Assembly (NCBI GenBank): GCA_964016885.1
Contig: OZ024741.1
Location: 398,164,001 to 398,228,000, forward strand
From: Eledone cirrhosa
Taxonomy: Eukaryota
Direction: 5' to 3'
Length of the DNA stretch: 64,000 nucleotides
In this document: positions 1 to 8,982 of the stretch, piece by piece
How the letters are laid out: each line of letters starts with the position of its first letter
Numbering within the stretch: position 1 is the stretch's first letter
Notes under the pieces: model-generated
The model's input: the letters and a program-made list of their open reading frames with translations, nothing else
What the model was told of the DNA's origin: nothing
The model's database searches: none
Translations under genes and position numbers: made by a program

Positions 1-34
1 TTCTCACACTCTCTCTTTCTCACTCTCTCTCTCT
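1..34. repeat. (CT)n-like microsatellite, cut by the window edge
   Basis: Read directly: ttctcacactctctctttctcactctctctctct. Confidence 0.8.
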
Positions 35-324
35 GGTTATTTACTGAGGGTTGTTTTGGGATATGTTTTATTGTTTCTGAGAATGAAGGATTACTTTATA
101 TTTTGTAAAGAGAATTAGAAAATATCTATATATTCTGAACTAAAACTACTACAGCCATTACTTGCTATCGAGTATGACATGGTAGTATGTACCATGTTTT
201 CGCTAAGGGTTTTAGGTATCCATGCAGTCATAAGGGGACACAGACACCTTCTTGACTCCCTCTCTCCCTTGATTCAGTGAAATATCTAGGATGTGACAGC
301 TGGAAGGAGAGAGAGGGCTGCCCT

Positions 325-446
325 AGCTCTGAACTGGTACTTTCTTTCTCGATCCCCAAAAGAATGAAAGGCAAAATGAACTTTAGCGGGATTTGAACTC
401 AGAACACAGAAGAAGGAGCATCCAGTGCTCTATCAACTCTGCCAAA
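325..446 (-). mobile_element. Degenerate partial tRNA-type SINE, copy 1
   Basis: ctggtactttctttctcgatcccc...aatgaaaggcaaa...ggatttgaactcagaac aligns by eye with 1261-1330 and with the reverse complement of 10074-10143. The minus strand has a B-box-like GAGTTCAAATCC. Confidence 0.75.
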
Positions 447-620
447 CCAACCAAGTTGAAGACCACATTAAGTTACTTGTAATATAATAAGGCCGTATTC
501 AAGAAACCATAATTATAAATTCTTGAAATTCTGATAACCACTGGTGTACTAAATCCCCACAGGTTCTCACCAACCAACCTGGGGTGATAGTGGCTCCAGT
601 CAAGCAGGAATTTAATGTAC

Positions 621-767
621 ATTCTAGAATCAATTAGAACTAAAACATGAGTGTATTAAGTACTGAAAGGGTTCTTATAATCTACTAATTTTTAGATTCT
701 AGAATCACATTAGAACTAAAACGTGAGCCTTTAAAGTACTGAAAGGGTTCTTATGATCTACTAATTT
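621..767. repeat. Diverged direct tandem duplication, ~75 bp x2
   Basis: attctagaatca...ttagaactaaaac...aagtactgaaagggttcttat.atctactaattt begins at 621 and again at 696. Confidence 0.9.
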
Positions 768-1195
768 AATTCTGGCTGTCTGTCAGTGTTGATTATTTCA
801 TTGTATTTTCTTTTACTCTTTGGTATTTAAAACACATTCATCTTATGGTTTAAATTAAAATAAGAGATAGACAAAAATATATTAATAAAAATTTTGAATT
901 TGTTGCAAATTTTTTATTTTCAAAATGCCGCACAGTAATGGCATAGAAGGCCTCATGTGGCCTTAAAGCTTCAGGCTCCATATCTCTGATGCATACCAAC
1001 CATCTAGATATTTTTTTCTGAACAGGACTAAAAAACTTTGAGATTTTGTAGTTAGAATAGTTTACATTTTCTATTGTATGTTATGACATTACCAATATAA
1101 CATGAATCAATGTTGTATTGATGTCATAAGTACAATATCATGATCAGAACTATCTATGTTTAACACTTTCATGACTGTATTTGGAATGGTTTTTG

Positions 1196-1397
1196 ATTTA
1201 GGCACAAGGCAAGCAGTTTTGGGGGTGGAGAAAGTTGATTAAATCGACCCTAGTGTGTTACTGGTACTTTATTTTATCGACCCCTTAAGGATGAAAGGTG
1301 AAGCTAACCTCGACAGGATTTGAACTCAGTTAACATAAAAGGGCCATAACTATATGCCACAAAGCATGTTGTCCAATGCTCTACCGATTCTGTCACC
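1196..1397 (-). mobile_element. tRNA-type SINE, copy 2, near full length
   Basis: ttaggcacaaggc...atcgaccctagt...ctggtactttattttatcgacccc...ggatttgaactcag is the reverse-complement match of 10074-10222. B-box-like motif on the minus strand. Resembles octopus tRNA-derived SINEs (recalled, not searched). Confidence 0.8.
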
Positions 1398-1615
1398 ATT
1401 ATAATTAAATATACTGTCTTTCAATTATTTAATGCAGAATTTTGAAGGATTTACTCAAATGATTCATTATTTTGTTTCTAACTTAAAATATGGTTCTTGT
1501 ATGGTATCCTGTTGGAAGATGTAAATTTATATAGGAATCTTTTGAAATGGGTGGTTTTCATAGATCCAGGGCCAGTTTTGACTGGGTTTGGCTGGGTTGG
1601 TGTCAAAAGGGTTAA
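1391..1615 (+). mobile_element. Degenerate piggyBac-like MITE with an intact right end (GGTTGGTGTCAAAAGGG + TTAA)
   Basis: Ends in AGGG|TTAA at 1608-1615, the piggyBac terminus plus target site. The left portion (aaatatactgtctttcaatt) weakly resembles the reverse complement of 10235-10312. No left TIR is visible where it abuts the SINE. Confidence 0.55.
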
Positions 1616-1686
1616 TTAGGTATATTGTTGTCAGAAGAGTGTGGAGAGGATGGAATTGATGATCATGCTTTCTCCAATAGTTGTAG

Positions 1687-1760
1687 TCATCATCATCACT
1701 GCCACCATCACCACTGATACCATCATCAACATCATCACCACTACCATCACCATCATCATC
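1687..1760. repeat. (CAT/CAC)n imperfect trinucleotide repeat
   Basis: Read directly from the sequence. Confidence 0.85.
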
Positions 1761-2223
1761 TAATGTTTGATGTCCCTATTATCAAGGGTAGGATGGGTCA
1801 TGATAGACCAACTCAGTACTTCACTGGAGTTGCTGGTCTCTCTGATGGACCCTGCATCTTGCTTACACAGCATCCCCACTCTCTTCTGAGTGAATTTTAA
1901 TCATAGTATCAATACTAGGAAGGTTCTCATGTCTTTGACACAACTGACTGTTGACTGAGACCACAAAGTAGACTGATCCTTGTTTCATTTATAGTGGTGG
2001 CATGTGGATTAGATTTACTTCCATAAGTCTCCTTTAGAGGACAGGTTACTTTATAAATTCTTCCTACCTCACATTAGTTTAACAAGATGAAAGGACTGAA
2101 TCATTCTGTGTTTGTCAGTCACCATCAAATATATTATAAATATTTATCTATTTTGGACAGTTTTATGTCACGAGTTCTTTGTTTGATAGTTGCCACTAGT
2201 GTTATATATTTTCATTTCATTTT

Positions 2224-2228
<5 letters not shown>

Positions 2229-2266
<38 letters not shown>

Positions 2267-2328
2267 GTGTTATATAAATGTATATATATATATATATACA
2301 TAGTGTTATATATATATATATATATATA
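2229..2328. repeat. (TA)n microsatellite interrupted by CATAGTGTTA
   Basis: Read directly. It accounts for the spurious YI-rich ORF 2087-2329. Confidence 0.9.
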
Positions 2329-2373
2329 GTGACGAAACATAAGTCAATTGCATGAACTCATAATCCTTTATTT

Positions 2374-2429
2374 ACTGCTATATATATTTCGATGATAGCC
2401 ATTGAATGGCTATGACCTCATCAGGCAGT
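2374..2429 (-). ncRNA. Minimal type I hammerhead ribozyme
   Basis: Minus strand reads ACUGC-CUGAUGA-GGUCAUAGCCAU(UCA)AUGGCUAUCAUC-GAAA-U(AUAU)A-UA-GCAGU. Stem I is 5 bp, the CUGAUGA/GAAA core is intact, stem II has 11 of 12 positions paired, and the short stem III has a palindromic loop. NUH = AUA, with predicted cleavage between 2379 and 2378. Confidence 0.8.
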
Positions 2430-2587
2430 TAGTCAGTTCTTAGATATGCCAGCTCTGTGTTTATAGTCTTGGCATTCCTGGTCAGATATATATTCAATTA
2501 AGGTTAATAGTATGAATAGATACTACAGGTCATTCTTAAATTGAGGAATTTATGTGGAGTGGTGCTACTGAAATTTATGGTTGGAGT

Positions 2588-2826
2588 AGAAAATTTACAA
2601 ATAAAAAGACTTATGTAGGTTGGCTTGCACGTACACTCACACCCACCTCCACAGACACACACACACACATCCACACATACAAAATGTGGGGTGGTAATAC
2701 TTAATATAATGGTTAGAGTCCAATACTTAGTTTAGAAAATTTAGAAATAAAAGGTTTATGCTGGTTGACTTGTACATACACTCACACCTACCCCCTCAGA
2801 CACTCACACATCTACACACACAAATC
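2588..2826. repeat. Diverged direct duplication, ~145-bp period
   Basis: tagaaaattta.aaataaaa...ttatg..ggttg.cttg.ac.tacactcacacc...cagacac occurs at ~2588 and ~2733. Confidence 0.75.
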
Positions 2827-2833
2827 CATACAG

Positions 2834-3035
2834 GTGTGTATATATATACACATATGCATGTATGTACGCACAAGCATACATATATATATATAAAATATAT
2901 GCATATAAAAATATAAAAAATATATATATACATAAAATACACACATAAAACATACATATATATATATAAAATACATATACATATATATATAAAATATATA
3001 CATATATATAAAGTACACATATATATATGTGTGTG

Positions 3036-3069
<34 letters not shown>

Positions 3070-3124
3070 AAACACTGTATATATATATACATATATATAA
3101 CACTAATATATATATATAGTGTTA
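2834..3124. repeat. Complex (TA)n/(CA)n low-complexity tract
   Basis: Read directly. Source of several spurious ORFs. Confidence 0.9.
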
Positions 3125-3229
3125 TCATCATCATCATCATCATCAGGTTTAGCGTCCGTGTTCCACGCTTGCATGGGTTTGGACGGGGGTTTTCCCACTT
3201 GAGGCAAGAGTGGTTGTCTTGCTCGCATA

Positions 3230-3461
3230 GGACTGTCTGGCGGGTTTTCTACAGTTGGATGCCCTTCCTAACACCAACCACATTTACAGTGTGGGGCTGG
3301 GAGGTTTTTACCGTGTTGCCTACACGGCCACATTACAGCGTGGACTGTCTGGCGGGTTTTCTACAGCTGGATGCCCTTCCTAACACCAACCACATTTACA
3401 GTGTGGGGCTGGGAGGTTTTTACCGTGTTGCCTACACGGCCACATTTACAGCGTGGACTGT
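3230..3461. repeat. 112/113-bp near-perfect tandem duplication in the LINE 3' UTR
   Basis: ggactgtctggcgggttttctacag.tggatgcccttcctaacaccaacc... starts at 3230 and 3342; a third ggactg starts at 3455. Confidence 0.92.
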
Positions 3462-3630
3462 GTATTTTTTGTCGTGACACCTACACGATCTCATTTGTTT
3501 CGGCCTGGATGTTGTGGGACCAACATAACTTTACATTGAAAGGGGCGGTGTGGGTGGGGTGGAGGGTGGTGGGACGGGGGTGTGTTTTGATAGAGATGCC
3601 TACTGACTGTAGTAGGTTTTTACTTTGTAT

Positions 3631-5084
3631 TTAGGTAAGGCGGGTCTTCTCTATTACTGAGTACCGCCAAAGGTCTCGGTCCAGTGACATTGTCTTGGAG
3701 AGGTGTAAGCGTGTGAGGTCGGAATTTATCAGCTCGTCCCATGTTTTTCTGGGTCTGCCTACTCCGTGGCTACCGTCTATCTTTATTGCCCTGCACTTTG
3801 TTATACAGCTGTCGTCTTTCATGCGCATCACGTGACCGTACCAACGTAGCCTTCTCTCGAGTAAACAACATCTGATCCCTCTTATTTCTAATTTTTTCCT
3901 TAGTTCGTTTATGCTTTGCCGTTCACGTATATTACTATTGCACATCCAGCGGAGCATGCAAGCTTCGTTCCTCTCTAGTCTGCGTATATCCTCTGCACAC
4001 AATGCCCAGGTCTCACTGCCATGCAGCATTGCTGTTCGTATGCAGGCATCGTATAACCTGCCTTTCATTTTTAGGGAGAACCCTCTAGCGGCTAATAGTG
4101 GTATAAGCTCTCTGAACTTTTTCCATCCAGTTCTGACTCTAGCTACTGTACTTTCAGAGCACCCTCCCCCACTGCTGATTTTGTCACCCAGATAACGGAA
4201 GCTGTCCACTATTTCTATAGAACCCTCTGCGCAGTTGAAGGAGCTAGTATTTTGTGGGCACTTGCTGCTACTTATTGCACCAGAGCACCGGCCACATGTA
4301 AAATCTATGTTCTTAGTTAGCTTACCTGTGATCCCACTACATCTTTTATGCACCCATACTTTGCATTTGGGACATAAAATGGAGTTTCTACCTACGCCTT
4401 TCCTACACACTGAGCATGGCCATTTCCCCGATGGGACCGCCGCCTTATTTTCTTTCCTACAAACTAGAACTTTAGTCTTAGCCAGGTTAATTTTAAGGCC
4501 TTTTGATTCTAGGCCGTGCTTCCACGTTTGGAATTTCTTCTCTAGTTCGGTCATTGATTCAGCTATGAGCGTTAGATCATCTGCGTATAGGAGTTCCCAT
4601 GGGCAGCCGGTCTTGAACTCCTCTGTTATAGCCTGAAGGGCAATAATAAATAGTAGGGGGCTAAGAACAGAGCCCTGATGGACACCAACTTTTACGCTAA
4701 ACTGTTCACTATATTCGTTGTTAATTCTAACCTTACTGACTGTTTCTTTATACATGGCTTGTATAGCTCTCACAAGCCATTCGTCAACACCTAGTTTTCT
4801 AAGAGACCACCAGATAATGGAACGGGGGACTCTGTCGAAGGCTTTCTCCAAGTCGACGAAAGCTAAGTATAGGGGTTTACTTTTAGCTAGGTACTTCTCC
4901 TGTAGTTGTCGTACAATGAAAAGAGCGTCTGTGGTACTTTTGCCTGACACAAACCCGAACTGCATTTCATCTAGATCAATTCTCTCTCTGATTAGTTGCG
5001 CTATTACTTTTTCCGTGACCTTCATGACCTGGTCGATTAATTTAATGCCTCTATAGTTACTCCTATCTAGGGCATCTCCTTTTT
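3631..5084 (-). pseudogene. LINE reverse transcriptase region with embedded PHD-like finger (frameshifted from the endonuclease part)
   Basis: Motifs KGDALDRSNYRGIKL, QFGF, AFVDLEKAFDRV, GVHQGSVLSPLLF, LLYADDL, FRYLG, RRLRWYGHVMRM and GRPRKTW. Confidence 0.93.
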
Positions 5085-6594
5085 CCCTTATAGCAGTTAA
5101 CGATGATGCTGCTACGCCATTCCTTCGGAACAACCCCATTCTGTACGACTTGGTTAACTATCCGGGTGACCATTGGATCGATCTGGGGGAGACTGTCTTT
5201 CTCCCATTTGTTCTCCTCATTTAGAAGCCTTTCGTAGTGACACTTCCAAGCTACCTTCTTATCAGCGTCGGTGATGGCAAGTATGCCATCATCGTTAAGT
5301 ACACACTTCTCCCCGACAATATCACGGTTTTCCTTGACACATTGCCTGGCAATCCTGAACACCTCACGTTTTTGGTCCTCACGTTGTAGAACATGCTTGA
5401 ACTTTCTTTCCTCTGCTTCCCTTCTTGCGAAGTACACTTGTCTCCTAGCTTCCCTCCTGGCCACTTGATAGTCTTCTCTACTTCCCCCATCCCGCCATAC
5501 TTTCCAAGCCTGCTTTTTGGCCTTAATTGACTCCTCCACCTTACTGTTCCACCACCATGTTACTCTCCTCCTACCTACAGGCCTGCTCCAGCCACAGACT
5601 TCGTCTGCCGCCGTCAGCAGGTTTGCTCTCAGGAATTCCCACTGTTCCTCTATATTATACGACTCTAATTGCTCTTCCTTACTGTCGAAAGCGTCAAGTA
5701 ATATGCTTTGGAATTTATTTCTGGCTATGGGGTCCTTTAGCTTCCATATTTTTCTCCTGAGGATAGTCCTCTTCCGCTGTCTAGTACGTCTCGTCCTGAC
5801 TATGAGGTCGCTAATTATCAGTCTATGTTGGGAGGTGAATTCTTCATGGGGGTGGGATTTAGTGTTAACAACAGACACTCTGTCACGTCTTCTGGTAAGG
5901 ATATAATCTACCTGGCTTGTGTGTTCCCCCGATCTATAGGTGATCAAGTGATTGTCTCGTTTTTTGAAGTTAGTGTTACAGATAGTTAAGTTATTTGCGT
6001 CGCAGAATTCCAGGATTCTGGAGCCTTCCTCATTTCTAGTACCGAACCCATAGCCTCCATGGATTCCGTCATAGCCGTCACAATGTTGTCCAACGTGACC
6101 ATTTAGGTCGCCTGCAATAACTATATAGTCACTGTCGGTTATTTGGGAGGTAGCGAGCATCAGTGTCTCGTAGAATTTGTCTTTTATAGCGCGGGGCAGT
6201 CCGGATTGGGGTGCGTACGCAGATATTACTGTCACCGTAGTTTTATTGAGGACAAGTCTTATTTTAATTATTCTGTCGTTCACTCTATTTACGTCTATTA
6301 TCTTATCTGCCCACTTTTCTGCTACCATGATTCCTACCCCACCCAACCCATTGTCATTTCCCACCCAGAAAAGCTTATAGCATCGTTCTTTACCCACGAT
6401 GAATCTAGCCGACCCTCCCCTCCACCTGGTCTCTTGAATACAACAAACATCGACCTCCTTACGTTCAAGCATTTCTACAACCTCGTTAGAGCGACCCTTT
6501 AAGGTACCTACATTCATGGTACCAACTCTGAAGTTTTGGATTGCGTTTGGAAGGTGGGAGCGGTGGGGCGCGGGGGGGGGGTTATGTTAGCCAT
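5063..6594 (-). pseudogene. LINE APE-like endonuclease and linker region
   Basis: Motifs (FRVGT)MNVGTL, CIQETRW, ISAYAPQ, AGDLNGHVG, QVDYIL, SQHRL and WWWN. The probable true start is the ATG at 6594, separated by an indel in the G10 run at 6572-6581. Confidence 0.9.
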
Positions 6595-6834
6595 CCTGGG
6601 CCGAAACAAGGAGGAGTGCTTGCATTCTCGTCCACGAGGTGAATTTGGCTTTATCTTTGGCATTGTCGCTGAGCGTCCACATTTTTCTCTCTTCAACTCT
6701 CCAAAATTCCGTAGTCCATCCATCATATCGAAAAGCAACCAGTTAAGCGATAGTATGGGCCTCTGACTTATGATTGGTCCACGTAATAATGGTGGTGCGT
6801 GGGGGCGGGAGGGAGGGATGATGGGTTGTTAGCG

Positions 6835-7379
6835 AGAATGTAAGGTTTAAGATAAGATCGCCGTATTTTGGGCATAATTTAACAATAAACGAAAATACAA
6901 GATTTGTTTTGTTTAAGAAAATACGATAGAGAAAATGCGGTGATAGGGGAAATATGATTTTTAGAGAAAATATGATATAGTGTGAAATTAGGACATAGAA
7001 GTGATTGAATGAATGGGTTCGAATGGAGAGAAGAATCGAGAAAAATTTGAACGTTACTTTATACCGAAGGGGGCAGCCATCCCAGAAATAGCGAGTTGGT
7101 GATTTTGGTTAATTTTGGTAGGGTTTTATCTTATATGTATAGAGAGGGAGGGGAGGGGGGGGGGGGCAGGAACCAGCATGATGAATGGGTAGGGGGTAGA
7201 ATATGGGATGGAGCAGAGGTTAAAAGTTTAAATAGGTACTCGAAGTTTTGCGTAAAACTTAGCGAGTTTAACAAATTATATTGAAAGGAATATATAATAG
7301 TGTTTTGTTTTGATATGAAAATACGACAGAATATGGGAATATGACAGAATGTAAGGTTTAAGAAAAGATCGCCGCATTT
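6835..7379. repeat. 34-bp direct repeat pair (6835-6868 and 7346-7379) in the LINE 5' region
   Basis: agaatgtaaggtttaagataagatcgccgtattt versus agaatgtaaggtttaagaaaagatcgccgcattt, two mismatches. Confidence 0.85.
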
Positions 7380-7421
7380 ATATAAATGTATATATATATA
7401 TATATATATATATACATAGTG

Positions 7422-7456
<35 letters not shown>

Positions 7457-7490
7457 TGTTATATATGTGTGTTTGTATGTGTGCGTATGT
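7380..7490. repeat. (TA)n/(TG)n microsatellite with CATAGTGTTA interruption
   Basis: Read directly from the sequence. Confidence 0.9.
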
Positions 7491-7496
7491 GTTCTG

Positions 7497-7703
7497 GGTG
7501 ACTGCCAGGAAATCCGAGTGGAAGGGAGCCACAGTAGAGGTAGTTCAAGGAAGACCTGGGCAGAGGTTGTGAGGGTTGACCTCAAATCACTGAAACTCAG
7601 AAGAGATGACAAAGGAGTGTGACATTTGGAGTGATGCCGTGCTGAGAAGGATCCGTCTAACCCATGCAAGAATGGAGAAATGGATGTAAAAATGATAATG
7701 ATG

Positions 7704-7706
<3 letters not shown>
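7497..7706 (+). mobile_element. 5'-truncated RTE 3' end, a different subfamily from the long LINE
   Basis: Encodes CQEIRVEGSHSRGSSRKTWAEVVRVDLKSLKL, similar to CRAIKIDGSHGVGRPRKTWDELINSDLTRLHL of the long LINE. Ends ccgtctaacccatgcaag...tgataatgatgat, like the long LINE's 3' terminus. Confidence 0.85.
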
Positions 7707-7735
<29 letters not shown>

Positions 7736-8033
7736 TAGTGTTATATATATATATATATATATTAGTGTTATATATGTATATATATATACATAGTGTTATA
7801 TATATATATATATATATATATAACACTAATATATATATATATATATATATACACACATCATCATTATCATTTTTACATCCATTTCTCCATTCTTGCATGG
7901 GTTAGACGGATCCTTCTCAGCACGGCATCACTCCAAATGTCACACTCCTTTGTCATCTCTTCTGAGTTTCAGTGATTTGAGGTCAACCCTCACAACCTCT
8001 GCCCAGGTCTTCCTTGAACTACCTCTACTGTGG
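7529..8033. repeat. Large inverted repeat: 183-bp arms (7529-7711 and 7851-8033) around a (TA)n centre
   Basis: The arms read as exact reverse complements. The ORF track gives identical peptides at 7669(-)/7893(+) and 7898(-). Confidence 0.95.
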
Positions 8034-8149
8034 AGTTTCTTCTGTGTACCCACAGGTTGTGAGATGCCTGATGCCCCTGTGGGTACACTGGAGGACCTCC
8101 ACAGTAACAAAACTAAAACTTAGCTTAATAAAGAAAATATTAATCTCTA

Positions 8150-8599
8150 CTGATCTGGCTGGATCCCCAAGCGAGACCAGCCAAGCTCATGGATGTTATC
8201 CAACCATCTTGCTTGGAGTCTATGCCTGGGTCTCCCTGCTGGTTGGTTTTACCCGTAAAATCTGTCCAGCGATTCTTTCCTGAGACATTCTAACCACACG
8301 CCTATAGTATCAGAGCTGTGATCTCTCAATTCGGAGAGATAGCAGCTCTATCTGGAGTGACTCCCGCAATTCCTTCCTGAGACATTCTAACCACATGCCT
8401 ATAGTATCAGAGCTGTGATCTCTCAATTCGGAGAGATAGCAGCTCTATCTGGAGTGACTCCCGCAATTCCTTCCTGAGACATTCTAACCACATGCCTATA
8501 GTATCAGAGCTGTGATCTCTCAATTCGGAGAAGTAGCGGCTCTATCTGGAGTGACTCCCGCAATTCCTTCCTGAGACATTCTAACCACATACCTATAGT
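8150..8599 (-). mobile_element. Old RTE-type C-terminal coding fragment (third family)
   Basis: Manual minus-strand translation gives ELRESLQIELLSLRIERSQL*YYRRVVRMSQERIAGQILRVKPTSR/RPRHRLQARWLDNI, matching the RTE pattern RLRWFGHV.RM...GRP..RW.D. Confidence 0.75.
8277..8599. repeat. 97-bp minisatellite, ~3.3 copies
   Basis: tgagacattc recurs at 8281, 8378, 8475 and 8572. Confidence 0.95.
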
Positions 8600-8909
8600 T
8601 ACTTAACTACTTATCTATTCTGTTAAATTATTAAAGTTTCCAATGACTATGCTAGCACTGAAGGGGTTCAACATTAACAACAAGATACTGATTGAAGTCA
8701 TAGTTGCAGCATTACCAACGAAAGCTGTTACAAGGAAAATGTTAATTTATCTTAAATGAAGCAAAAACAATAACAATAACAGCAACAGCAAATTCAATAA
8801 TGACATTTGAACCTTTGGTTGTAGAAATAGACCAGATGTACAGTCAATAATGGGGAAATCACATTATCAGTTTTTTTCTAGAAAATCAATTGGATTTTCA
8901 CAATGACAG

Positions 8910-8950
8910 TCATCATCATCATCATCATTGTTGTTTTTACATGCATTTTC
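8910..8950 (-). repeat. (CAT)n tract, possibly a decayed RTE-type 3' tail
   Basis: (cat)n followed by tttttacatgcattt, similar to tttttacatccattt at ~7869. Confidence 0.4.
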
Positions 8951-8982
8951 GCACCAATGTTAGAGAGGCTGTTATAACCTTG

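Larger units (their letters stand above)
2329..2830 (-). mobile_element. Penelope-like element terminal (pLTR-like) fragment
   Basis: On the minus strand: TATAAA (2465-2460), then a minimal hammerhead, then AATAAA, with (TA)n tracts on both sides. This is the arrangement described for Penelope-like termini. No RT or GIY-YIG ORF is seen, and the boundaries are approximate. Confidence 0.5.
3123..7379 (-). mobile_element. Near-full-length RTE-clade non-LTR retrotransposon (LINE)
   Basis: Single APE+RT coding region, ~500-bp 3' UTR ending in a (TGA)n tail at 3123-3144, ~0.8-kb 5' region, and (TA)n tracts on both sides. The 5' boundary is approximate. Confidence 0.9.

Noticed and set aside
2087-3143. 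YI/CV-rich ORFs, and likewise those at 7358-7975 and 9499-9904
   Set aside because: They are translations of dinucleotide microsatellites.
3135-3150. Second hammerhead core (CTGATGA on the minus strand)
   Set aside because: It arises from the start of the (TGA)n tail; no stem II or GAAA follows.
5078-5090. Programmed -1 frameshift at G GGA AAA between the two LINE ORFs
   Set aside because: Reaching the RT frame needs +1, not -1, and RTE elements normally encode this region as one ORF. A 1-nt insertion is simpler.
6514-6738. Separate 74-aa ORF1 coupled to the main ORF by an ATGA overlap
   Set aside because: Endonuclease motif I (FRVGT) continues upstream of the annotated ATG, so a homopolymer indel better explains the arrangement. 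No ORF1 domain is recognisable.
3911-6766. Plus-strand ORFs overlapping the LINE
   Set aside because: Antisense shadows of the coding strand with no recognisable motifs.
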